Below are positions 18,497 through 29,620 of a DNA stretch of 64,000 nucleotides, piece by piece. The stretch is from assembly GCA_035933575.1 (NCBI GenBank), contig DASYYR010000071.1:6994-70993 (forward strand), in the 5' to 3' direction. This DNA comes from Candidatus Acidiferrales bacterium. Its GTDB lineage: Bacteria; Acidobacteriota; Terriglobia; Acidiferrales; UBA7541. A model generated the notes under the pieces. The model made no database searches, had not been told where the DNA came from, and was given only the letters and a program-made list of their open reading frames with translations. The translations under genes were made by a program, and so were the position numbers. Position 1 is the stretch's first letter. The number at the start of each line of letters is the position of its first letter.

Positions 18497-19662
18497 CAGC
18501 TTGTTAAGAGAAGTAAGAATTGTTCCGCGATGGCGTCCCACGAAAAATATTTCTGTTCGGCCAGTAGACTGCGCTGGTGCATCTCGTCGCGGAATTTGGC
18601 GTCGCACAGCACGCGCTTAAGCGCTTCTGCAACGCCCACGCGGTCGCCGGGATCAGCCAGGAGCACACCGGCTTCGGTGATTGGGAACGCAGTTTCTTCT
18701 CCGCGGTAACCGACAACCGGAAGACCACACGCAATTCCCGCAATGGCGCTCCCTCGTCGGGTGGAAATATGCCCACGCACGCAAAGCAACACATCAGCCA
18801 TCAAAAACTGTCGCTGGATTTGCTCTGGGGGCAGTACTCCAAGGACGGTCAGCACAACACCGGATCCTTCCAGATCTTTTCGCAGCGTGGCCTCAGCTTC
18901 CGCTGCCCCTCTTCCCATCACGACCAACCTTAGGCTCGCAACGGAGGACATAGCCTGCCTGATAACGTAAGAAATATCGGCCGATTCATGGCAGCTTCGT
19001 GAGCCATCCGTGACACCAAACACGGCAACAGTCAGGATGCTGGCGGATCTTGGACTGCTATCCAGATTTTGCAGTTCACTCTCAGGAAAATTGCTTCCCA
19101 CGGGAATGAATGTCGCTCTATCAGCGCTTCGCCGAAGCCAGGGGACATTCTTCGCCGGCACAGTCAACACGGAGCGCGTTGCCCAGGTGTACGCTCTGCG
19201 CATCACTTGATATTGGTAAGCCACCCTCAACCGGTTTTTCCAGCCATGTGCCTGGTCGTTTCGTATGTCGTGAAAGACCATGCAAACCTTCGCGCCTCGC
19301 ATTCTGAGAATCACGAGCACGGCCAGGGCGCCCAAAGGGAAGCCGCGTCGCGACCACATTAGCGAGGTATACTGGAGAAGTACCCACTTCCCTTTCCACG
19401 CCTGGCTTTCTCTCCAAAGTTGTCCGCTGGAACGCAACCATCCCTGAGTTTCCCAGCGCACTTCGACCACATCCAGATGTTCCCCTCGACGCGCAAACGC
19501 CTGGCTCAACTGCAAACAATAATCTCGCACTCCATCCGTAGGAAGATCTTGCCGGCCTAACAAAGCGATCGCAGCAATCGGGGAGCTCAGCGCCCGACGA
19601 AGCGGCGGAATAGCTCCTGATGACATCGCCAATGCGTACTCCTCTCTTATCCGCCACACCAC
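18493..19662 (-). CDS. Glycosyltransferase, GT-B fold (GT1/GT4-like)
   Basis: The C-terminal domain ...LLCVRGHISTRRGSAIAGIACGLPVVGYRG... resembles the GT-B nucleotide-sugar binding half. The start is uncertain (19662 or ATG 19626). Confidence 0.6.
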   Translation of the reverse strand: MVWRIREEYALAMSSGAIPPLRRALSSPIAAIALLGRQDLPTDGVRDYCLQLSQAFARRGEHLDVVEVRWETQGWLRSSGQLWRESQAWKGKWVLLQYTSLMWSRRGFPLGALAVLVILRMRGAKVCMVFHDIRNDQAHGWKNRLRVAYQYQVMRRAYTWATRSVLTVPAKNVPWLRRSADRATFIPVGSNFPESELQNLDSSPRSASILTVAVFGVTDGSRSCHESADISYVIRQAMSSVASLRLVVMGRGAAEAEATLRKDLEGSGVVLTVLGVLPPEQIQRQFLMADVLLCVRGHISTRRGSAIAGIACGLPVVGYRGEETAFPITEAGVLLADPGDRVGVAEALKRVLCDAKFRDEMHQRSLLAEQKYFSWDAIAEQFLLLLTSC

Positions 19663-19774
19663 TTCGATTTGTTTTTTGTTAGACCAGCTTCTGGCTCTTC
19701 AGGTCACTCTTCGATTTCGCCGACCTCGTCAAAATCGCCTGCGCGCTAAAGTCTTGTAGGTGCGAATCCTATTC

Positions 19775-20881
19775 CTATCCGTTCAATCCGCAGTACCCAG
19801 CCAGTGTGGCCCTAAAATACTCGAATCCATGGTGTGCGCGAACAAATTCTCCGGCTCGCTGGCCCATTCCCAGTCGCTGATCATCGTTGGACAATAGAGC
19901 GCGCAGCGCACCGGGAAGCGACGACGGATTATTTGGCTCAACTAATATTCCGGTGATTCCATCTTCGACAATGTCTGGAATTCCGCCAAGAGCTGTGCCA
20001 ATGACCGGTTTTCGAAAAGCCATTGCTTCGAGAAACACGAGCCCAAAACCCTCGCCTGTGCTGGGCAAAGCAAAAATGTCGCATGCAGCGTAACAGGCTG
20101 CGAGTTCGTCGCGGGACAGGCCTGAGATAAAATGGACATTGTCCCGCGGGTTTGCCGCAAGCGCGAGTTTCTTCAACCGTGGCAGATCATCACCCTCGCC
20201 TACGAGTACAAGATGCAAATTGGGGAATTCCCGCGTCAATTCTGAGACGGCATGAATCAACAGATCAGCACCCTTATAACGCTCGCTCGCTGCCCATCGG
20301 CCGACGGAAAGCACGATTCTGCCGTGCGGAAATTGCGATGGCCGTGGAAGGCCATCCGGTAAATCTGCGAGATTCAGAAAATCAGGATCAAGCGGCCAGG
20401 GAAGCCGGCGGATGTTTTCGGGGCGCACGCTTTGCACGGACGTGAGCTTACGTGCTGTGTCAGAACTGGGAGCGAGGACCATGCTGGCATTGCGGAGGGC
20501 TTTGCGGCGGAGCGGAGGCAACGGCTGCCAAACCTCAATTCCGTGCGTGCCGATGATAATTTGCGCTTGCGGGGCAAGAACACGCATAGCCGCCGTAATC
20601 GGCGCGAGATTAGGATGCGCCGCGAAAATGACCTCTGGGCGAGCGCGGGCAAGACGGAGGGCAGCGACAATAAATCGCGATTTGCTGCGGGCGAAACCTC
20701 GATACCTAAAACGTAACCCTGCGATTGCGGCTTCGTGTTCTCCGTTTGCGTCGTTGAGGCTGAGAAAAACGCACGAACGGCCGCGCTCGCTGGCAATGGA
20801 AGCGAGAGCGGCAGCAGTTTGACGGCCAGCCATTTGAATGCCGCCCACGCTGGCAAGTCCGGGAAAGAGTCCCACGATCAT
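19775..20881 (-). CDS. Glycosyltransferase family 4
   Basis: MIVGLFPGLASVGGIQ N-terminus and PSTGEGFGLVFLEAMAFRKPVI (EX7E). The ORF is open to 20959, but that extension overlaps the upstream gene. Confidence 0.75.
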   Translation of the reverse strand: MIVGLFPGLASVGGIQMAGRQTAAALASIASERGRSCVFLSLNDANGEHEAAIAGLRFRYRGFARSKSRFIVAALRLARARPEVIFAAHPNLAPITAAMRVLAPQAQIIIGTHGIEVWQPLPPLRRKALRNASMVLAPSSDTARKLTSVQSVRPENIRRLPWPLDPDFLNLADLPDGLPRPSQFPHGRIVLSVGRWAASERYKGADLLIHAVSELTREFPNLHLVLVGEGDDLPRLKKLALAANPRDNVHFISGLSRDELAACYAACDIFALPSTGEGFGLVFLEAMAFRKPVIGTALGGIPDIVEDGITGILVEPNNPSSLPGALRALLSNDDQRLGMGQRAGEFVRAHHGFEYFRATLAGYCGLNG

Positions 20882-20927
20882 CAGAGTGTGATCGTCCGAA
20901 TATTGGAGCAGCGCAAAAACTGGCCAG

Positions 20928-22148
20928 TCATGACGCATCCTGTCGCGCGCTGGCGGCATGGGCGCGATGCTTTCTTTCTAAAGCATCGATTAAGAGCGCG
21001 GCGAACTCACGGGCGTTGCGCTCCCAAGTATATTGTTGCACGGTGGAAATCGCCTGTTCGCTCAAGCGCGAACGCAACGCGGCACACTCGTAGAGCTGCC
21101 GGATTTTTTCCGCCAAGGTCCCGGCGTCGGAGGGATCCGGGACGACAATTCCATTGTCCCCGTCTGAAATAATTTCCGAAATGCCGCACGCGGCGCTGAC
21201 TATAACGGGGACACCGCAAGCCATTGCTTCGGCGGGCGGCAGCGGAAGCACATCTTCCTTCGATGGGCCGACATATATATCGGCCGCGCTGTAATAAAAC
21301 TCGACATCGTTACGGACTGGCAGAAAGTGAGCACGGCCAGCGAGCAAATTCCTCTGCAAAGCACTTTGATATGGCGATGGATCGTCACTGCCGACGACAA
21401 GGAGATGGAGTGGAAGCTCAGGGAGAAGACCCATCGCTTCCAAAATAACAGGCAGTCCTTTATTTTGCCAACCGTTGCCGATGAGCAGGAGCGCGAAGTG
21501 CTCTGGGGCGAGGTGAAGTTGCTGCCGAGCAGAGTCACGCAATTCCAACCGGCGTTGGGGACTGAATACGTCGTGATCCAAGCCGAAATACACAGCGGGA
21601 AACGGCCCTGTGCGGCCGTAAGATTCTTGCAAAGGCGCGGCCGTTCGCTGGGTGATGAGGATGAGAGACGTTTCCGGATTTGCGTATATGCGTTTCTCGA
21701 GCAATGCAATGAGCCGGTAATACAAACGCCGATGCAGCGATCGGGCTGACGCGAAACCAAAAGATTTGCCCATTTCCGGATTCGATGGATTGCGGCGCAA
21801 CAGCTCCGCGAAGACGATGTGGACGGAAATCACGTCGGCATCGAGACAATTGATTCCCGGAGAAAAGGTGAGGTCGTAGCGCCGACCAGCAAAGCGCGCG
21901 TCCCATTTGCGTCGAAAGTGGTTACAGGTGAACCACCAAAGATAATTGAGAATATGCGGACCGGGGAGCTTGGAAATTTTGTGCCAGATGACGCGAGACG
22001 AGTCCAGGCCTTCCACATTCTGGCTATACACGTGAATTTCAAATTGATCGGCTAAACGCGAAACCCATTCGGCGACGTAGCGCTCGGTGCCGTGGTGCCT
22101 GTCAATGAATGGCGAGACAACTGCGAGACGCGGCCGTCGCGTAGTCAT
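20928..22148 (-). CDS. Glycosyltransferase family 4
   Basis: LAVVSPFIDRHHGTERYV N-terminus and GPSKEDVLPLPPAEAMACGVPVIV motif. 406 aa. Confidence 0.8.
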   Translation of the reverse strand: MTTRRPRLAVVSPFIDRHHGTERYVAEWVSRLADQFEIHVYSQNVEGLDSSRVIWHKISKLPGPHILNYLWWFTCNHFRRKWDARFAGRRYDLTFSPGINCLDADVISVHIVFAELLRRNPSNPEMGKSFGFASARSLHRRLYYRLIALLEKRIYANPETSLILITQRTAAPLQESYGRTGPFPAVYFGLDHDVFSPQRRLELRDSARQQLHLAPEHFALLLIGNGWQNKGLPVILEAMGLLPELPLHLLVVGSDDPSPYQSALQRNLLAGRAHFLPVRNDVEFYYSAADIYVGPSKEDVLPLPPAEAMACGVPVIVSAACGISEIISDGDNGIVVPDPSDAGTLAEKIRQLYECAALRSRLSEQAISTVQQYTWERNAREFAALLIDALERKHRAHAASARQDAS

Positions 22149-22204
22149 AGCGGTTTTGAATAGGTCGGGTCAATCATGACTGTGTTCGGGGTTTGCATCG
22201 CGGG

Positions 22205-23827
22205 TTATATCGGAGTTCTCGTTGACATGGTGATTTCGCGGGCGGGTGGGACGGTGAGAATGTCCGGCAAGCGGAATAGCATGCCAACTAGAATCCAGAG
22301 AAATGCATTGTTGACAAAATTCTCGTAGATATCGAGGCCAAGGAATGTGAGCGGATAGAGAAGAACAAACGCGTACCAGAAAATTGCGATCGCAACCGGG
22401 AACAAGCGCGTGTGCTTGAGTTGCCGGACAACTTTCCACGCAGACCAGAGCAGTGCAGCGGTCCAGAGAATCCAAAGGAAGGGCGCCAGAATCCCCATCT
22501 CTACAATAAGTTGGCCATAGCCCTCTTCGACGGAGATATTTGGAGCGGGTCCAGCCACCTTGCTTACATATTGACCGCCGAGCGACGCCCTTCCCGTGCC
22601 GTTTCCGACGATCCAGTGGGGTCTCGAAAATGCATCCACGAGATTTTCGACAGGATAACTCCATGCTCGGTCACCTAGCTCATACGCCGAACTGCTTGGT
22701 AGAAGAGTCTGGGAATAAAAATCGAAGCGAGAGGCGGCGGCAGATGGGAAAAAGGCGATAAAAACCGCAAGCCCGACCGCGGCGAACATGATGCTGCGCC
22801 GGATGGCCTTCATCAGGCGACGCCCCTGACCATCACGCACCGGCGCGCCCCACAAATACGCCACCGTCAACGTCGAAGTGCTAATCAGAGAATACAAAAA
22901 GGCCGTCCGAGAGCCGCTTAGAAGAACGGCTACGGCGATCAGTGCGATTCCCCCGAGGACCATTTTTCGCCTTCGAAACTTAGAGAGGATGAAGTAGCCA
23001 GCCGCGCCCAACCCGACGATCGTCGCGAGCACCAAAAAGAAAGCGAATCGTCCAGAACTGACAAATACAGAACACGGCAGCAAGAAAATCTGATTGGTCA
23101 AGGGCGTGACCTTTTCGAGCGCGGCGAGGTCTTGCAGCTCCGGCGCGAGAGTAGCAGGGCTGAGGAACGTCGGCCCCACTACCGCCTGAATAATGCCCAG
23201 CAGAGAAATGATACCGGCGAGAACCATGAACACGATCAAAAACCGCCACAAGTCCCGATCATCGCGGATGAGTGCATAGCCAACGAACATCAGCGGAAAG
23301 TAGTAAAAATAGAGCTTTATGCCGAGAATGCCATACAAAACGCTTGGAGAATACGGGTTGAATACCTGGAGGACGGCGAGCCAGAAGAACAAGCTGAAGA
23401 AGAGCAGGAACGGAGGCCGAAAGAGTTTCGCGCGGCCGCGGCGAATCGCGACGAAGAGAGATAGGTACGTGAGGCCCGCGAGAACGTCCTTGGCGAAATA
23501 GATCGCCATATTATTGCCAAGATATTTGCGAATGAGATCTTCAAACAGCAACCAGACAATGAATAAAAAAAAGCCCATGCGCCAACTCTTAAGGATGGTA
23601 AGAGCGATGGCACAAAGCACGAATCCCATGCCCGCAAACGTGAGCATTTTGGTCTGGCCCGCGGAAATCCACTGCGCGGCCTGCCATGCGGCCAGAATGG
23701 AAAATAGGAAGAGGGCCACGGAGATTAGTGTCTGGCTCCGCAATCCGAGAAAGCGAAATTCACCGAAAGAAGTGGTGCGGTTCCTGATTCCGAGTCTTGC
23801 TGCCCAACTCGTCATATTGGTTTCCAA
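22205..23827 (-). CDS. O-antigen ligase/polymerase-like (Wzy_C) polytopic membrane protein
   Basis: 540 aa with more than 10 hydrophobic segments. Contains the LLSGSRTAFL motif typical of the Wzy_C/O-antigen ligase domain. Confidence 0.7.
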   Translation of the reverse strand: METNMTSWAARLGIRNRTTSFGEFRFLGLRSQTLISVALFLFSILAAWQAAQWISAGQTKMLTFAGMGFVLCAIALTILKSWRMGFFLFIVWLLFEDLIRKYLGNNMAIYFAKDVLAGLTYLSLFVAIRRGRAKLFRPPFLLFFSLFFWLAVLQVFNPYSPSVLYGILGIKLYFYYFPLMFVGYALIRDDRDLWRFLIVFMVLAGIISLLGIIQAVVGPTFLSPATLAPELQDLAALEKVTPLTNQIFLLPCSVFVSSGRFAFFLVLATIVGLGAAGYFILSKFRRRKMVLGGIALIAVAVLLSGSRTAFLYSLISTSTLTVAYLWGAPVRDGQGRRLMKAIRRSIMFAAVGLAVFIAFFPSAAASRFDFYSQTLLPSSSAYELGDRAWSYPVENLVDAFSRPHWIVGNGTGRASLGGQYVSKVAGPAPNISVEEGYGQLIVEMGILAPFLWILWTAALLWSAWKVVRQLKHTRLFPVAIAIFWYAFVLLYPLTFLGLDIYENFVNNAFLWILVGMLFRLPDILTVPPAREITMSTRTPI

Positions 23828-23838
23828 TTATGACTGTA

Positions 23839-25056
23839 TCACGCCTCGCTTGGGGGCGATTTCCGCAGGTCAATGGCCCGCTCGATCCCATGCACGAAAC
23901 TATCGATATACGCCCGCGGCGACCATTCGGCAATGCGCCGCTCCGCGGCTTCGCCGTAACGGCGAAGAGCTTCACGATCAGACAATGTGCGCCGAAGAAG
24001 GTTCGTCAGCGCGTCGACATCTTCAAACGGATAAACGAATCCCGTTTCGTACTGGCTGATCAGGTCGAATTTGGCACCGACGCGGTCGCTGACGATTGCG
24101 CCATGGCCGCAAAGCATCATTTCATTCACTACCACACCAAAAGGCTCGTATTCCGAAGGGAGAACAAGCAGATCGGAACCGCAATACACCCGCGGCAAAC
24201 CGGACTGATTAACGAATCCGAGGAAACGAGTTTGAGCGAAAACGCCGAGAGTTTTCGCTTGGGCCTCAAGCTCGTTTCGCATCGGACCATCTCCCGCATA
24301 AACGAGATAACTACCAGGCACATTCGCGCTGGCAAATGCGCGCAGCAGGTCTTGAGGGCGCTTCCAAGGCTGCAACTTGGCGCAAAAAAGCGCTACAGGG
24401 GCCTCGGCAGGAATGTTCCAGTCCCGCCGCACGGCCGCACGATCCACGCGCGCAGCCTGGTCGATCCACCATTCGTTATGAACAACATAAGGCATTAGCA
24501 TCACGCGGTCCGGAGGAATACCTAGCGACCGCATCAACGAGACTGTGCCGGAGGATGGTGCGATGACGACATCGGCCAGACGGAAAAGTCTGGGCCAAAG
24601 ATATTTCTTGATTTTCGTCTTCCAGGCACGATCATCGCGCGGGCTTATATCGTGCGCGTCGGTACCGAAGAGAATCGGGACGCGCGAAAGTTTTGCGGCC
24701 GCTAAAGCGATCCAGAACGTGGCGCAAATGTAGCCGGTGAACATGACAACAGCGTCGAATTTCCCGGCGCGTATTAGCCGCCAAACACCTGGATTGATCA
24801 GGCCGAAGAATTTACCAACGACGGGACGCGGTGAAATGTTTCTGAGCTTTACCCACGGATAATTGTCGAGCAAGGGAATGTCCCAAGCAACTTGAACGCC
24901 GAAGTCAGGATCGACATGAGCTTCTGCCCCTTCCAGACTGCAATACGCGACGAGTATTTCGAGCTCCGGACGCTGCGCCATGAGGCGCCACATGGGGGAG
25001 CCGTATTGAGTGGGATGCGTGCATAGCAAGAGGGCGCGTAACTTCTTGTCAGCCAT
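23839..25056 (-). CDS. Glycosyltransferase family 4
   Basis: ATG 25056 (MADKKLRALLLCTHPTQYGSP) lies 20 nt after the upstream stop. PSEYEPFGVVVNEMMLCGHGAI (EX7E). The longer ORF to 25269 overlaps the upstream gene. Confidence 0.75.
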   Translation of the reverse strand: MADKKLRALLLCTHPTQYGSPMWRLMAQRPELEILVAYCSLEGAEAHVDPDFGVQVAWDIPLLDNYPWVKLRNISPRPVVGKFFGLINPGVWRLIRAGKFDAVVMFTGYICATFWIALAAAKLSRVPILFGTDAHDISPRDDRAWKTKIKKYLWPRLFRLADVVIAPSSGTVSLMRSLGIPPDRVMLMPYVVHNEWWIDQAARVDRAAVRRDWNIPAEAPVALFCAKLQPWKRPQDLLRAFASANVPGSYLVYAGDGPMRNELEAQAKTLGVFAQTRFLGFVNQSGLPRVYCGSDLLVLPSEYEPFGVVVNEMMLCGHGAIVSDRVGAKFDLISQYETGFVYPFEDVDALTNLLRRTLSDREALRRYGEAAERRIAEWSPRAYIDSFVHGIERAIDLRKSPPSEA

Positions 25057-25075
25057 TATGAAGAAACCGGGCTTC

Positions 25076-26134
25076 TCATCCAGGGTTTGAACGTGTCCGA
25101 ATTCCAACGGGCACAGCATCCGCAAGTTTTCCACGGAAGCGCTGCAAATCATGCTCGGCGTACCAGCTGCGCATGCGGTAGAAAGCGCTCGGCGGCATGA
25201 ACAGCGTGGATGCCAGTACGAGCCATTTGAACAGAGCGTAAGAAGGGCTGTTCTGCTCGTAAGCGGCACGGAATCGTTTACGCTCCAACGCGAAGGTCTG
25301 CCACGGCCATCCGCCGTCCAAGATGATGCGCAAGCGTTCGCATTCCAGCAGATCAGGTTTCACGAAGGCAGCCACAGCATCCGGTGGCACTCCGGCGGCA
25401 GACAGATAGGGCGGCAGAAAGTCAAAATTTGCCTTTACGATTTCGTATTTGCGCCGCACATCCGCCGGATTCGTAGATCGAGACTCAAACAGATTGCCGC
25501 GATGCAACCGGTAGAAACCAAGGGCTTGATCGAGAACAATCGCTCCGCCAAGTGCAAGAGCCAGGGACATAAGAACAATGTCAAAAAAGACAAAACGTTC
25601 CGAGACTGGCCCGATTTGATCGAGAACGCGGCGCCGAATGGCGAGTTTACTCGTCGAAAGAAAAGTGCAACCAGAACGCGCCACGCGCGCGGCTTCCGCG
25701 TTCGCCAAGTTGAGACAGTATGTTCTCTCGGGCACCACTGGCTGAGTGCGAGAAGCATCGTCGCGAACTTCGAAGTATCCGTGGCCGACCGCCGCAATGC
25801 CAGGATTGTGCTCAAATGCGTCAAGGACGGCACGCAGTTTTCCCGCGGCCCACCAATCGTCGGCGTCGAGGAACGCTACAATCGGAGCATGCGTTTCGGG
25901 AATTGCGGCGTTAAAGGCGGAGACCTGGCCGCCGTTTTTCTTGTGGATATATCGAACACGCGGCGCGAATTTTGCGACAAGGGATGCTGTGTTGTCCGTT
26001 GAGCCATCGTCCACTACGACGATCTCGAGTTCCGACGGCGAAAGTCCCTGCTCGAGGACGCTGACGAGCGCCTCCTCGATGAAATGCTCCTGGTTGTAGG
26101 TGTCAATTAGGGCGGAGACGAGCGGTGTTGTCAT
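25076..26134 (-). CDS. Glycosyltransferase family 2
   Basis: The start ATG 26134 overlaps the upstream stop (ATGA). VSALIDTYNQEHFIEEALVSVLEQ...VVVDDGSTD and FLDADD motifs. Confidence 0.8.
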   Translation of the reverse strand: MTTPLVSALIDTYNQEHFIEEALVSVLEQGLSPSELEIVVVDDGSTDNTASLVAKFAPRVRYIHKKNGGQVSAFNAAIPETHAPIVAFLDADDWWAAGKLRAVLDAFEHNPGIAAVGHGYFEVRDDASRTQPVVPERTYCLNLANAEAARVARSGCTFLSTSKLAIRRRVLDQIGPVSERFVFFDIVLMSLALALGGAIVLDQALGFYRLHRGNLFESRSTNPADVRRKYEIVKANFDFLPPYLSAAGVPPDAVAAFVKPDLLECERLRIILDGGWPWQTFALERKRFRAAYEQNSPSYALFKWLVLASTLFMPPSAFYRMRSWYAEHDLQRFRGKLADAVPVGIRTRSNPG

Positions 26135-27105
26135 TGTACTTTCGCACGAGCGGAACGCCAATGACGCAGAAACTTGCGTTGGATGGTTTTCAGCGCGGGG
26201 CGAACCGCATTTCTCAGTGGATGAGGATCGAATTCCCTCACGGTCCGTAGTATTGTCCTCTTCAAGTCCAGAGGGGCGTGTGTGCTCATCACGGTTGGAA
26301 CCCACATATTTGCTGCGGACTCGCCTAGTTTTTCGAGGACGGCTTTTGTCGGCGTCGCTTGAGTTAAGATCCAGCGTATCACGGCAAAGTACTCCATCAC
26401 GTCCACATTTGTCCGACCAGCCTGGCTCCGCACACTTGCGTCGTGAAACCGAAAATAATTGAGCGGCTCCGACAAATACGCGACCTTGCCCGTAAGGGCC
26501 ATAGCCGCCCAAAGCTTCCAATCGCCGCAGAGGCGCAGGCTTTCGTCCGCGCCACCGACACGTTCATAGAAGGTCTTACGAAAGACAACGGCACTGGCGT
26601 TGGGAACAAGATTGGTGCGTACGAAGTAGGTCCGGCATTCTTCGTAGCCGTCGACACAAAAATCAGTAGTCCAACGGCGTCGGTCGAGGCAATTTAACTG
26701 ATCGTCGGCGAATCCTTCGATCTGGTCGTCGACAGAGACATGCCATGACTGGCAATACGCATAGACGACTTTTGGATCGGCGTTGAGCGTGGCGACCAAA
26801 CGTTCGAGCAGCCTTTCGCCGGCGTAGTCGTCGGACTCAGCAATCCATACGTATTCACCGCGTGCGAGTCGTACACCTTTGTTCCACTGCTTGAACGGAT
26901 TTCCGGAATTGACCGGATTTAACTCGGTTCTTACTCTCGGGTCGCTGGCGTACGACGAGAGAATCGAGCGACTGTCGTCGGTGGAGCAGTCATCGAGGAG
27001 GATCAACTCGAAGTCCTGAAACGTCTGCTGCAGGATGCTATCGATGCGCTTGCGCAGGAAGCGCGCGTGGTTGTAGTTGGGAACAATGACGCTGACGGTT
27101 GGCAC
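26131..27105 (-). CDS. Glycosyltransferase family 2
   Basis: GTG start. VSVIVPNYNHARFLRKRIDSILQQTF..LILLDDCSTD and ESDD motifs. Confidence 0.85.
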   Translation of the reverse strand: MPTVSVIVPNYNHARFLRKRIDSILQQTFQDFELILLDDCSTDDSRSILSSYASDPRVRTELNPVNSGNPFKQWNKGVRLARGEYVWIAESDDYAGERLLERLVATLNADPKVVYAYCQSWHVSVDDQIEGFADDQLNCLDRRRWTTDFCVDGYEECRTYFVRTNLVPNASAVVFRKTFYERVGGADESLRLCGDWKLWAAMALTGKVAYLSEPLNYFRFHDASVRSQAGRTNVDVMEYFAVIRWILTQATPTKAVLEKLGESAANMWVPTVMSTHAPLDLKRTILRTVREFDPHPLRNAVRPALKTIQRKFLRHWRSARAKVQ

Positions 27106-27304
27106 TTTGTTTCACACGTTTGCTTGCACGAATTTTCAATCAGCCCGTTGTGCGGTTAAAAGATCACGACTCATCCGCTGATTAAGACTCGGCGGAAGGC
27201 TCGCAGGTCTCACCGCAGGCGGGCGCAGCATCGATTATCTAGTATCATTGTGAGAGTCGCAAGTAAGCGGGCCATCGCCCGTGAGACATTGCAGAGGGAA
27301 CTGA

Positions 27305-28270
27305 ATGAAGGTTAGCGTGATGGTGATTACTTACAACCATGAGCGATTCATCGCGCAGGCGCTGGAGGGGGTTTTAGCGCAGAAAGTAAACTTCGACTAT
27401 GAGGTTGTGGTGGGAGAAGACTGCTCGACGGACCGAACGCGCGAAATCCTGATGGATTTCCATCGCCGGTACCCTGACAAGATTGTGCCGCTGCTGAGAG
27501 ATCACAATATCGGCGGGAAGGAGAACTTGCTTGCCACACTGGCCGCATGCCGAGGCCAGTACGTGGCACTGCTCGAGGGCGACGACTACTGGATTTCCGA
27601 GGATAAGCTCCAGAAACAGGTCGATTTCCTCGATGCGCATCCGGATTTCGCTATGTGCTGTTCGAGAGTGGAAATAGTGCATGAGGATGGGACGCACGCG
27701 AGTGAGATATGGCCGAGCAGGGTCGCGGGGGCGTATGGACTGGAAGACTTGCTTGCTGAAAATTTCGTCGCGACGTGTTCCGTGTTGTACCGATGGGATT
27801 CCGTCGAGCCGCTTCCCGCGTGGTTTCGCAAGGTGAGGCCGGGTGACTGGGCACTCCATGCATTGGTGACCAGGACGGCAAAAATTGAGCTGATGGATGA
27901 TGTGATGGCCGTGTACCGCGTGCATGCGGGAAGTCTGTGGTCGACCCAAACGGAACGCACGCGATTTCGAAAGGCTGTACGGATGCTGAAGGCCCTCGAT
28001 AAACATCTGGAGTTTCAATACACAAGCACGATACGGCGCACGATTGCGCGTCACCGACGCTACGTCGCCGAAGCTCGCCTTGGCATGGCTCACGCTGCGC
28101 GAGAGAAAGGCAATCGAGGGGAAACAGCGAAGCAAGTTGCTGGCTACCTGTGGAATGGCGGGTTGAAGTATCCCGATACGTGGCGCGCCTTTGCGTCGTT
28201 CACCGGGTATGCGCTCTTCGGTTCGTGGTACGAGGCCATCCGCAAAGCGAAGCAGGCCAGTCGCGGCTGA
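27305..28270 (+). CDS. Glycosyltransferase family 2
   Basis: ATG after GAGGGA. VSVMVITYNHERFIAQALEGVLAQ...VVGEDCSTD and LEGDDYW motifs. Confidence 0.85.
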   Translation: MKVSVMVITYNHERFIAQALEGVLAQKVNFDYEVVVGEDCSTDRTREILMDFHRRYPDKIVPLLRDHNIGGKENLLATLAACRGQYVALLEGDDYWISEDKLQKQVDFLDAHPDFAMCCSRVEIVHEDGTHASEIWPSRVAGAYGLEDLLAENFVATCSVLYRWDSVEPLPAWFRKVRPGDWALHALVTRTAKIELMDDVMAVYRVHAGSLWSTQTERTRFRKAVRMLKALDKHLEFQYTSTIRRTIARHRRYVAEARLGMAHAAREKGNRGETAKQVAGYLWNGGLKYPDTWRAFASFTGYALFGSWYEAIRKAKQASRG

Positions 28271-28476
28271 AATGGATGTTGCGCGGGTTACTTCGTTGCT
28301 TCGACAATGAGCAGGGTCTCGACGCGGGTTTCGCGGTTACATAGCTCAGAGTGTTACAATTCCGTGTGGACTTCTGGACCGCGCTCGTTTGCGAACTGCT
28401 GTCGTGTAGCCATAACTTCTTTCCGGACAATATAGACCGCGTCCGTTTCCCCGAACGCATTTCGCTACGGCGTTCG

Positions 28477-29415
28477 ATGAAAGATAAGCTACTTCAACTA
28501 GCGGCATCGAAGCGAATGTCGCGGCGTCCATTCATCGATCCATCTGATGTGGCGAATGTTCTCGGCGTCGAGGGCTTGCCGCAGACTTACGAAGCATTAG
28601 AGGATCGTGAGTCGCGCGAACTGTTCGTGAAGCTGCTAGTCTACCGCATCTTAGGGCCGCGCAAGGTCAAGCTGCCTCTCAACACGCCATCCTATTGGGA
28701 AAAGGTCGAGCGGGCAAAGCAACACAGGATTGAGGAGAAAGTGGTCCAGAACGTTCCCGTAGTCGACTCACTTGACCTGTACGAGATCGACCATTTGCAG
28801 CTGATCGCCCGCAACATCGTCAATACCTTCCTGCTGGAACAGTACCGCTGCGATCGCGCAGACGTGCGTGTTCGGCCGGGGGATGTGGTTATAGACGCTG
28901 GTGGTTGCTGGGGGGACACGGCGCTCTACTTCGCACAGAGGGCCGACTATGTGTATTGCTACGAATGCGTTCCGTCGAACATAGCAATCCTGAGGAAGAA
29001 CCTCGAACTAAATCCTAAGCTAGGGCAAAAGATCTCTCTTGTAACGAAGGCGCTGCACCGGGAACCTGGAAGAACGCTCAACTTTTCAGATAATGGTCCC
29101 GGTAGCCGCAGCAGCGCGGAGGGCTTCGAAGTAACGACGGATGCCATCGATAATTTGGTTAGCACAAATGGCCTGCGGCGGGTCGACTTCATCAAAATGG
29201 ACATTGAAGGAGCCGAGATGGATGCGTTAAGAGGTGCGGAACGGACAATTCGTTCTCACAGACCACGCCTTGCTGTCTGCGTCTACCACTCGCTGGAGGA
29301 TTTCGTTCGCATACCCAGGTGGATCGGGTCCCTTGGTCTCGGATACAAGTTCTACCTCGACCACTTCACAATCCACGCCGAGGAAACGATCCTATTCGCC
29401 AGAGCGCCGAAGTAA
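28477..29415 (+). CDS. FkbM-family SAM-dependent methyltransferase
   Basis: VVIDAGGCWGDTALYFA and FIKMDIEGAEMDAL hallmark motifs. ATG 28477 is preferred over the longer ORF from 28351. Confidence 0.8.
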   Translation: MKDKLLQLAASKRMSRRPFIDPSDVANVLGVEGLPQTYEALEDRESRELFVKLLVYRILGPRKVKLPLNTPSYWEKVERAKQHRIEEKVVQNVPVVDSLDLYEIDHLQLIARNIVNTFLLEQYRCDRADVRVRPGDVVIDAGGCWGDTALYFAQRADYVYCYECVPSNIAILRKNLELNPKLGQKISLVTKALHREPGRTLNFSDNGPGSRSSAEGFEVTTDAIDNLVSTNGLRRVDFIKMDIEGAEMDALRGAERTIRSHRPRLAVCVYHSLEDFVRIPRWIGSLGLGYKFYLDHFTIHAEETILFARAPK

Positions 29416-29620
29416 TAGGCCGCTCGCCTGCTTGGCCAATGGGCAAGCTGGCAGCCGGCCTACTGCGGGGAGGGCGGTTCTGGTAATGTAAAGTGAGACG
29501 AAGCAGACGGTTCGTCCCTAGGCGCGCAGGCAGCACTGGTGTGGCTAGCGCCTTGCACGAGGCATCTAAGAAAGGCATGGACGGATACAGGAAGGTGGAC
29601 GTGTACGAAGGTAAGGGCAC